DNA of 62,148 nt, counting the filler, from Collodictyon triciliatum (lineage: Eukaryota): assembly GCA_043381765.1 (NCBI GenBank). It is 12 parts of 12 records of this genome, joined end to end, with 100 filler letters (N's around TTAATTAATTAA, not from the genome) between each part and the next. Parts side by side here need not be neighbours in the genome. Positions count along the whole stretch, not along the records: positions 52,406 to 57,227 come from JBHJMP010005730.1; positions 57,328 to 62,148 come from JBHJMP010005731.1; 10 more parts are not named here. The stretch is one strand, 5' to 3'. The notes below the pieces were generated by a model. The model saw only the letters and a list, made by a program, of their open reading frames with translations. It searched no databases and was not told where the DNA came from. The translations under genes and the position numbers were made by a program. Positions 52,672-62,148 of this stretch are shown one piece after another (positions within the stretch are counted from its first letter, which is position 1; each line of letters begins with the position of its first letter).

Positions 52672-53772
52672 TGTTTTAGCGAATGGGGCTCAGGATACCA
52701 CAAGGAGTGAAATTCTCAACCTACTTCATCTCCCAGAGACAAATGCACATAGGGTATGTTTCTATCCTCTTAAACCAAATGGTCACCTTCGTCTATACAT
52801 AAAACACTCCTTAGTTGCAATTAATTGAGGAGAAAATCATGCTACTCATGGACCATTATATTTTCCTTTTCATTTCGACTCAACTTTCTTTTCACCATAC
52901 CACACTTTAGAGTCTTTATCAAAATAGATCAAATATGAAAGAAAAAAAAATCCCCTAAACCCAACACCATACTCTAAATATCTATTCCTAACCCTTTCTC
53001 TTAACCCTCCCCTCCTTCAATAGCTGAATATACAGGTCAAGAAACTGTATTCCTCTATCTCCTCTCTCCACACTGAGCTGACAGTATTCGATATTGCAAA
53101 CGCGGTACTAAAAAGAGATATATCACTACTATGATGTTCTGATAGTCTAACCATATTTACCTTCCCTTCCTAAGAAAATCGTGATCTTATTTGATTCCTT
53201 TCTCATACCAAGGTGATGACAAATCCATCGCTCGGAGCAATCAAGCCTGACTTTAGAGAAAAAGTAGAGTTTAATTACAATACAAAGTTCTTTCAGCTAG
53301 GTCCAAACGTGAGAGATCAGGTACTTTATCTAGTTGAATATTGGAATATGGGGATGTGAGAAAAAAAAGAGAAGGTTACATCCATCCTGCGGTTACATAT
53401 CATCTCATAAAGATATTTCTGTTTTAAATAATCATAATAATGACAAAGGTAAACGGCTGGGTAGCAGAGTCAACAAAAAACAAAATCCAAAATTTCCTGA
53501 AGGAAACCCCAGATAATGTTGAGGCGGTCATTTTGAATGCTATTTACTTTAAGGTGGATTGTAATTGATTTATATAATAATTTTTTTTTTATCCAAAGCC
53601 AATGACTCAAATTCCATTCATCATCATTACTACTTGGAATATTTCTTCTTCTTTTCCTCTTCTTTATTCTTTCTCTTGATAAATGGAAAGCCAAGCGTTC
53701 TACATACATACATACATACATACATACATACATACATACATACATACATACATACATACATACATACATACA

Positions 53773-53803
<31 letters not shown>

Positions 53804-54884
53804 TAATTTCTAAACTATCAGGGGACGTGGGCCAATGCATTTGACAAAGACAATTCAAAAAAATTGACATTTCACGTCTCCCCTACTCAGAGTGTGGATG
53901 TCATGATGATGACGCAAACTTCCGCAATGACACACTACGACTACCCATTCTTTGATGTATAATACTTTTGTTCGTTTAATCTCATTTCGACAACGAATGA
54001 TTTTTTCTCCTGTATTCGAACGAGAACGAATGATTATGTAATTATTTTTTGTTATACACCTTTTGATTATAGGCCATCATTCTATATTCTCTTTCTTATA
54101 GGCTGTGGATCTACATTACTATGCTGAGATGGGAAAATCAAATCTTGTCGGAACCTTCATTCTCCCCAAGTCAGCCTTTTCCTTAAAAGAAGCTGCCCAA
54201 TTTGCATTTAAGGATTATGACAAGTGGACAGCCACTGGGAAGAAGGACATCCTCGTTCATATCACTGTTCCGAAATTCAGTGTAAATAATGCGTATCAAC
54301 ATTCTGATATATATATTTCTGCACACATGTTCAAATGGTTTGGAAGAAAAGAGTATCACTTGTCACAAGTTGCCCACTCTTTAGCAATTTTTTTTCAACT
54401 CCAGGGGAGTATGTCGCCCATCCCAGATTTGATACTTTCCCCCCCACATAGATTGAGAAAGAGAAGGAGCTATCTCGAAACCTGCGGAAGATAGGAATTA
54501 GACGCGCCTTCCAGCCAAACGCGGATTTTTCGCCGATGGCCGAAAAATCCAAGGGACTCTATGTCTCGAGCGTTCTCCACCGAGTGAGTTGGCCCCACTT
54601 TTTTGATCTCTAACCGCACTCCTTCGTGTGTTTGTGTTTTGTGGGTCCATACTTACCCCTAAACTCTCACTCAAACTCGACCCCAATTGCTTTAGTCGTT
54701 GGTGGAAGTCAACGAGGAGGGAACAGAGGCAGCCTCTGTTTCGGGTGTCATGCTGCTGCGATCCGCACAGCGCTCAAGCATCGTCAGCCTATTCTTTGAC
54801 CGACCCTTCTTGTTCATGATCCGAGACATCGAAAGAGGCGCCATCGTCTTTATTGTCCAGGTCGTCAACCCCCTTTCAAACTGA
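52672..54884 (+). CDS. Serpin (serine/cysteine protease inhibitor), 5'-truncated, 8 exons seen
   Basis: GAQDTTRSEI, VNGWVAESTKNKI, ILNAIYFKGTWANAF, VDVMMM, FILP, VPKFSIE, EVNEEGTEAAS and FFDRPFLFMIRD...VVNP. Confidence 0.95.
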
Positions 54885-55527
54885 GCCTTGGTTGCCGACA
54901 ACACAGAGGGAAGGAGCCTCTCGGTGCGACACCTACAACACTTTCCTCCCTTTTGTTTCGAAATAACAATCAAATAAAACTCCTGGGGGAAACAATCGGT
55001 GTTCAATAAAGGCAAAAAACAAAAACAAAAAAAAACAGAGAGGGGTGCACAAAGAAACTCTTCATTATAACAAATGTGGAATTTATATATATTTATCATT
55101 TTAATCATGTAATAGGTCTGATTCCACATCTGATCTTAAATCGAGATAGCAGATCTATATTGTAGACGATTTGCTGCATATTTTTGTACCATACTCTTGT
55201 GTGGCCTTCCAGCCAAGGAATGCCTTATCATCACACCGGTGCGTCACCAACGAAGCATCGACCGCAGCCCTTCGCCCAGCGAGTTGCGAGAAGCAAACTC
55301 CTTTGCGAGGTATCGTAGTTGCCCGAGCGTCTTGGAAGGCACGCATTGTGCCGCGGTGCCCGGCTACGAATGCCCAGCCCAATGCAACACCATTAAGATC
55401 GCGCAACGCCCGCATTCGTACCGTAGAAGACGTGCACAAGCGCATTCCTGTTACGCTGTGCCTGCTCCTTTTCCTCGTTGTCAGGCCATGGGTCTCTTGC
55501 CAGGATGAATAGAAAAGAAAAACCAAA

Positions 55528-55752
55528 ATAAATAAACAAATAAACAAATAAACAAATAAACAAATAAACAAATAAACAAATAAACAAATAAACAAATAAA
55601 CAAATAAACAAATAAACAAATAAACAAATAAACAAATAAACAAATAAACAAATAAACAAATAAACAAATAAACAAATAAACAAATAAACAAACAAACAAA
55701 CAAATAAACAAACAAACAAACAAATAAATGAACAAATAAACAAATAAACAAA
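55528..55752. repeat. (AAATAAAC)n tandem repeat
   Basis: Directly visible. Confidence 0.9.
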
Positions 55753-55881
55753 ATAGGAGGCTCTCACTTTGAATCGAATAAAGGAAAAAAAAATAGGAGA
55801 CTCTCACAACCATTTTTTTAAAATAGGCCACACAGACGTAGAGGACCTTCCAAGGAAAGAAGAAAAGAAAAGAACAAAGTT

Positions 55882-57011
55882 ATGTCTCACCCTTCCGCGT
55901 CTCAAACTACAGAGCATGTAAGAACAGCCCTTTACCAACTTGCAGGGCTTGTGGAAGCTGCTGATGAAAGCAGCGTGCAACAGTTTCTACAAAACCAGAG
56001 CGAGTCTGGTCTTCTCAGTCCTTGGACCCGTCAACTCTTTGCATCTCTGACTGTTCGTCCGGAAGGAAGCAAGTGAGCCTTTTGATGCGTAGCGAATCCT
56101 ACTTGACTCCTAAGCTCTATTACCCCCGCGATGAAAAAAATACTTAACAAATATCCGAACAAATATCCCACTAAATATCCCACTAAATATCCCACTAAAT
56201 ATCCCACTAAATATCCCACTAAATATCCCACTAAATATCCCACTAAATATCCCAACAAACACCTCAACAAACATCTCAACAAACACCTTAACACACACCT
56301 CAGCAACCACTTCAATAATAGAAATGAATGTATACAGGAACATTCTCCATATCGCAATCGAAAGCGCTGCAACAACAGGATCTTTCGCCATAGTCCATTT
56401 ACTTGTCGATGCATTCATCTCCTCCCTAGATATATACACCGAAAAGCCGCCTGAACTGTTAGTCACCCCAAAGCCATCTCCCATCCAGCATTTTCCCTTC
56501 ACTTGGGCACATAATTCATTTCATATATAATCACCCACCCATACAAATCCAACCTGGCCCATCGTATCCAATGTCGTCCTATATCTAGTTGAGATTATCC
56601 TACAATCCCAAAACCAGAAACTCGTTTGCCTCCATCCCCGAGGCCCTGGAGGAAATCCGACGCGGCAGATTCGTGGTTGTCGTCGATGATGAAAGTCGCG
56701 AGAATGAAGGGGATTTGATCATGGCATCGGAGCTGGTACTATCATATTCTAGCATGAGAAAAGAAGGGAAAAGAAAGGAAAAAAAGAAGTTGTCGCAGCC
56801 ACGGCCACTATATACTAAGGAGGCGTGTGCCCACAGGTGACAGAAGAGGCTATCGCCTTCATGGTTCGGTACACCAGCGGGCTGATTTGCGTCTCGGTAA
56901 CTGCCGAGCGTCTGGGGGAGCTAAGCCTTCCATTGATGGTGCAGGAAAACACGGACACATTCAAGACCGCATTCACGGTCTCGATTGACTACAAGCACGG
57001 AACCACCACAG
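55882..57011 (+). CDS. ribB: 3,4-dihydroxy-2-butanone-4-phosphate synthase (RibB/RibBA) with an N-terminal extension of about 100 aa; 3'-truncated
   Basis: Exons 55882-56072, 56338-56457, 56618-56735, 56837-57011. Motifs [49 protein letters not shown] and TAFTVSID...TTTG. Confidence 0.92.
56161..56253. repeat. 12-bp tandem repeat (AAATATCCCACT)n in ribB intron 1
   Basis: Directly visible; degenerates into AAACACCTCAAC units. Confidence 0.9.
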
Positions 57012-57514
57012 GCATGAGCAATCAACCGCCCCTCTATCTCACCATCCATACGTGGTTCTCACAAACGTGCCCTCTTGCCCTCATGGAGCATAACCACACA
57101 TAATGTCCAACCCACTGCTAACTGCACAAAGAGACAAAGAGACAAAGAGACAAAGAGACAAAGAGACAAAGAGACAAAGAGACAAAGAGACAAAGAGACA
57201 AAGAGACAAAGAGACAAAGAGACAAAGNNNNNNNNNNNNNNNNNNNNNNNNNNNNNNNNNNNNNNNNNNNNTTAATTAATTAANNNNNNNNNNNNNNNNN
57301 NNNNNNNNNNNNNNNNNNNNNNNNNNNAAAAACAAAAAGAAAAACAAAAAGAAAAACAAAAAGAAAAACAAAAAGAAAAACAAAAAGAAAAACAAAAAGA
57401 AAAACAAAAAGAAAAACAAAAACAAAAAACGAAAACGAAAAACAAAAGAGCTTCAGAAGCGGATTAAGTACATCACAAGAAGGCAAATACAAAGAGCTTT
57501 ACAATTGAGGTGGG

Positions 57515-57564
57515 TTAATGATATCTTTTTATTCCATATACCTAGAATAAAAAGATATCATTAA
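57515..57564. repeat. Perfect 20-bp inverted repeat with a 10-nt loop, in an intron
   Basis: TTAATGATATCTTTTTATTC (57515-57534) and GAATAAAAAGATATCATTAA (57545-57564). Confidence 0.9.
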
Positions 57565-57579
57565 AAAAATATGACCCAC

Positions 57580-60500
57580 TTTTGTCACTAATGTCTTGAG
57601 GTATTCATAATCTTTCATTCTCACTCGCCCTTGCAAGGCACACCACGTAACAGTTCTTTCAGACATCTAAGGTATAAATAAAATAATCTAGTATAATTTG
57701 GAAGAAAAACTTTGAGAATGAACGACAGAATTATCGTTTCTCGGTATAAATATTTGTTTAAAGCAATATGGTCCCCAATAAAATAATCAAACGGTACCCT
57801 TCTAATACATTTAATGGAATAAAGAGAAGAAGCAACCAAAAAACTGTCTTGCTGAACCTCGTTTAATGGAGAGAAATAATGATTCACATATTTACATTCA
57901 AATCCTCCGCAATAGACGAAGGGCTGCTCATTTTTTTTGGCGGGACTTTGGGATGATACTCATAACAGTACTGAAGCGTTTTCATGGCAGAAACTCCCTC
58001 GATATTATAGCGTGGATGCTCTTTATAGACATGTTCCTTCCCTGTGATGGCCGTTTTTGCATCGAATTCCTGTAGATGATATATTGAAGAAACTAAACTG
58101 CCAAACTTTTCGTAACGCAGTAATTTTTCTACATATTACTCCTTTAACTATAGTTTATGATATCACGGGAGTTGTCTTTTCTTTCTCTCTTTTGCTTCTC
58201 TTTGGAATGAAATCCATGCCTCAATTGAAATCTGACGACTAAGCAAGTTATGGGCATATTTGGCATTCTCGAGGTAGAATTCAACACCACCAACACGTTC
58301 CAGCTTGGCGATGCAATCATCAAGTGCAGCTAATCTTCTTGAATGCTGAAATAAATTGATCATTTTTCTTTCAATTTTGTTTGAAAATATGAAAAACGGC
58401 AGGATAAGTGATTGTTACTAATAAAGCTGAATATAGATAAAATAGCAGTAAAACAAATTACATTTGTCACTTGAAATGCAGCTTCTAACAGGGCTATGGC
58501 CTCCTCCTTCTCCATCCCCATATCTCCATAAAACTGAATCAAGCGAATGTAATCCTAGTATAAAGCGCGATAAGTACATGTATCGAAAGTATCTACTTAA
58601 AGAAAAATGCTAGGCTTAACAGCCCACTTGATTCTGATAGACCTGTGTTCTTCGTATAAAGGAGGTGTAGGCATCTAGTATGTGAGGTCTTTTGCGAATC
58701 ACACCAGAAAATAACGTCGGTTTTAATGAGGCCTGTAAATGAATGAGATTCAGATGTAATATGAAGAAATATGAAAAAAAGTATCCGCAGTAACTTACCT
58801 TTAGATAATCAACTACTCGGATGATAGCATCATAGTTCCATGAGCGCGCTACGGAGTCAAGGAGAGATATCTTTTGACTCAAGGATTGAATAGTTTGAAT
58901 TCCCAGTGGTATTCCATCAATTATATACTGCAATAGACTAGAGTCTATATCGCTGGGAGGGGGCGCGATTGTCTATATGAAATTTAAAGAGATAAGAGTC
59001 TTCTCAAAATGCCCATTCTAAAATCAATAATGGTAAATTTTCAAAAAAAAAGAATCCAAATAAATCATAAATTAAGCCATAGAGTTACCTTAGTGGATTG
59101 TACTTTCAAAGATAGAACTCTTACTTGTTCTTTTAACTGAGAGATCTGAATTGTATGTAATAGCACATAAATGAAATGCTCAATCGCATTATACAGAAAC
59201 AGAAACAGAAACAGAAACAGAAACAGAAACAGAAACAGAAACAGAAACAGAAACAGAAACAGAAACAGAAACAGAAACAAAAAAACAAAAAAAACAAAAA
59301 AACAAAAACAAAAACAAAAAACAAAAACAAAAAACAAAAAACAAAAAACAAAAAACAAAAAACAAAAAACTAAAACAAAAAAACCGAACTAAAAAACCAA
59401 AAACCAAAAACGAAAAGTTCAAGTAAAAACTAAAAACTAAAAAAAGTAAAATTAAAACATATTTTCTTAAAAGCAGGAATAATGCCTCAGCTTTATCTCT
59501 TTTTGATTGCTCAGACAGTTCACAAATTTCTTTTTGCAGAATCTCGTTTGTACCTAGTGCAGAAGTGTTAGCAAATGTGACAGTAGAAAAGGAGATATTG
59601 GAAAAAAAATTACTTTCCAAATCTTCTAGTTTGGCATCAAGTGAATTTAGTTTAAATTGAAGTTCAAATTCCCTATACAATACGTGCACATTTTATAATA
59701 ATGTAGCCCTAACAACAAATGATATATTTTAACGATGATTGATAAATAGTAAAAAATAATCACTTTGTGCTAGGGATTTCGAGATGTTCATGCGCTTCCG
59801 ATGGTTGGTATGAAAATTCACTGATTAGATCCTCCATTCTACAGAAATGAAAAATGAAAAAGTCACCCCATGCACATGCAATACGTTTTCTAGTGATTCA
59901 TAATTCATCATTCACTTATATTGAACGAAATGCTACTCATAAATGCTCGTAGTAGGCTTGCTCTGTGGTTGTAGGGAATCACCAGATTTTTTGGCTGGCG
60001 CAGAATATTTCGAACTAAATTACATAAACGGAAGTTTTTTTTTAAAATAAAACTCCTGTATGAAGAGTTCAAGTACATATATATTGCATAAGGTGATTGA
60101 AAACATACATATCTAATTGCGCTTGAGTGGGTATTGCTGAGGGGATGTGTGTATTTAGGGTGATATTGAAGTTACAATTGATGAGCTCTTTTCTCTCCAC
60201 TTATTTTTAAACTAACAAACGCGAAACAAAAACACTCAAGAGTATGGAATCAAGTATGGGTTAAGGGGAAAAAAAAAAAAGAAGTTACTTTGCGTTTCTA
60301 TGGGTATTGCTTGACTAAAGAATGCATCCTCAAAAGTCTCATCAGCGCCCGAACCAAAGACACTTCCGATGGCCAAATTACTGACAGGCTTTTCTATGGG
60401 AAGTGGCTTCTGCACCATTAATGTCTGTTTTTCCTGGGAGGGCGATTCTGTGGCAACAAAAGCAGTAGCATTTGGAGTGTCTCTTTGCGCCTCTGTTTGT

Positions 60501-60949
60501 CTGGAAGGAGAGAATCCCGACTGCAGAACTGGCGATGTGACAGATTGTTTCAGGGGGTCCTTCAAATAGGCTGGTTCTATGATGTCCTTTCGTGAGAGAT
60601 GTTGCGCCTCAGCTTTGTCAGCCGGCTCTTCTCTGTGTTTTGGGAGAACTGAGTCGGCCGGGTCATCAAAGGGGTTTGCAGGCGTGGCCACCGGCTTGGG
60701 CTCGCCAAAAGGATTTGTGCTTTGCGGAGTGTGCTTTATCTCTGTCGCGGTGGATGTAGAGGCCGCAGTTTGCGTGGGAGATGAGTGTGTCTGTTTTGCT
60801 TTGGTGTTTGGCAACGCAGGCCCGGGCTTTTGAAGGGAGGCAAAGAATCCGTCTGCAGTTGCGGTGTTTGAGCGGCGGATCCCGGATTGTGGCGGTGTGG
60901 CGTTTGGCGCGGCGGCGTTGCTCTTCAGGCGCGGTCGGTTCGAGTCCAT
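57580..60949 (-). CDS. VIPAS39: VPS33B-interacting protein VIPAS39/SPE-39 (Vps16 C-terminal-like), multi-exon, 3'-truncated
   Basis: SLSQKISLLDSVARSWNYDAIIRVVDYLK|ASLKPTLF, SAMKTLQYCYEYHP and MSERTVTWCALQGR match SPE-39 blocks. The low-complexity N-terminus carries NPF motifs. Start codon uncertain. Confidence 0.72.
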
Positions 60950-61694
60950 CTTGTTGGAAAGAAAGACGAAGGTCGCTGTGGGTTTGCTTTGGGGGTTGTC
61001 TTTGTCTTTGTCTTTGTCTTTCTCTTTGTTTATGTTGGTGTTGCAGTCTGACAGGTGTTTGTGCGGCGCAATAAATGACTCATGGGAATTGCTGCCGCGG
61101 TGGCGTAAAGAGAAGGGAGCAGTTTGGGTCGGCATCGGCGTTTGCAAAGTGTTGGCGGAGTCGAAGGCCAGTCGGGTCTCCTTTGTGTAGTTCTGGGCCA
61201 CAGGGAAGAGGGATGGAGAGCCAGCGGGTGAGTTGCTCCCTCGTGCAAGGGCAAGGAAAAAGAATGAATGATGCAGCGGGAATCGTTGGGTCAGCGACTG
61301 CCCGATGCTCGATACCTAAGCTTACATCTTCCATATCAGGGTTCCCCCACTTCAACAGTTTGTTGAGAGAAAACAAAGCCGAGGAACCGCCTTCGCCTCT
61401 AGGACAAAAATGCGCTGTGGACGAGACAGTGGAAAACCCCGGATTGTGTGGTTGGAGTTTTTGTGTTTTGGGTGAAGGAAAGAACAAGATAGAAAGGAGA
61501 GAAAGTGTTCTCAAACGCAAAATATTCTACCCGAGGTGAATCAGCTCCAACGCGATTTCTGGTTGTATTCGAGACTGACAGAACAGCGGATAAAGTTGTC
61601 GGGTCGATGAAAGTACGCACATGGAAGTTACTTCAATAATCGTTTCTGATGAGTCTTTTCAACCATCTATCTCAAACTGGGTTTACATCCTATT

Positions 61695-62148
61695 TCATTC
61701 CACTGGATGATTCTTTTGAGGAGACAGCGGGTCACTTTCCTTGCGTTTCTTGCTGGGCGATTCAGACAAAAAGCGATACATCGTTGTTTGTCTGGAATTA
61801 TCGAAAGTGGCGCTTGACCGTCCCCTGGTTTCGGGACCATGCGTAGCCGGCAGTGGACTTTGCTTAACCGGAGTATGGCTACGCGTTTGTGGATTTAGAA
61901 ACATACGCTCCTGATTGCTTGAACTGTCTTTGGTGTGTGAAGTTCCAAGCTTGGATTCGACTTGTGGTGTTTGCTCTTGCTCCTTGGTTCTCGGTGCGAC
62001 GGTCTGGGGCAGGGTAAACGGACTATCTTTGGTGGGCGCTTGTTCTTGTGTTGCCTTCGCTTTGGAGTATCCTTTCGGATAAGTAACGAAGACTGCCTTG
62101 AGGCCTCCTATGTTAACCATATTCACGTCAGTCTGAATGGGTAGTTTA
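61695..62148 (-). CDS. Probable terminal exon of an unidentified gene
   Basis: Frame is open to the window edge and encodes a low-complexity S/T/P/Q-rich product. No family recognised. Confidence 0.4.
   Translation of the reverse strand, partial: KLPIQTDVNMVNIGGLKAVFVTYPKGYSKAKATQEQAPTKDSPFTLPQTVAPRTKEQEQTPQVESKLGTSHTKDSSSNQERMFLNPQTRSHTPVKQSPLPATHGPETRGRSSATFDNSRQTTMYRFLSESPSKKRKESDPLSPQKNHPVE

Noticed and set aside
56161-56300. 12-bp repeat array as CRISPR-like or coding repeat
   Set aside because: There are no spacers, and it lies inside a GT-AG intron of ribB.
4833-57327. Regularly spaced TTAATTAATTAA palindrome as a biological repeat or element boundary
   Set aside because: It is always centred in N runs of fixed length, so it is an artificial concatenation linker.
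1-62148. Gene cluster linking the TRP, WD40, NACHT-TPR and serpin genes as one defence island
   Set aside because: They lie on different contigs joined arbitrarily; adjacency is not biological.
1-62148. Alternative genetic code (stop-codon reassignment)
   Set aside because: Spliced genes read through without internal stops and end at TAA, TAG or TGA. The one apparent in-frame TGA (44592) has a splicing explanation.

Overview
This window is not a continuous chromosome segment. It consists of 12 unrelated short scaffolds (most about 4.8 kb) joined by an artificial 100-nt linker (N44-TTAATTAATTAA-N44), so neighbourhood across linkers has no meaning. The DNA comes from an intron-rich, microsatellite-rich microbial eukaryote (a protist; lineage not determinable) that uses the standard genetic code. 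I spliced genes by hand. Housekeeping genes are PRP31, EDC4, SRP14, SIN3, RPAP2, VIPAS39, a HINT3-like HIT protein, a Nodulin-like MFS transporter and an O-fucosyltransferase. Other recognisable genes are an Aur1-like PAP2, a PqaA/AprA-family secreted protein, a serpin and a DHBP synthase (RibB). Three sensor-like architectures stand out. (1) A TRP channel combines an N-terminal LRR (hidden just upstream of the called ORF), a group-1-type pre-S1 motif, a polycystin TOP domain and a TRPC/TRPY-like C-terminus. (2) An intronless 14-repeat WD40 protein has a signal-peptide-like N-terminus and an SQ stalk. (3) An NLR-like DUF4062-NACHT-TPR gene has one TPR encoded by a symmetric 126-nt exon. Splice signals are very degenerate, with many AAG acceptors, A-rich 3' ends and one GC donor. 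All family calls rest on motif recognition by eye; no searches were run.
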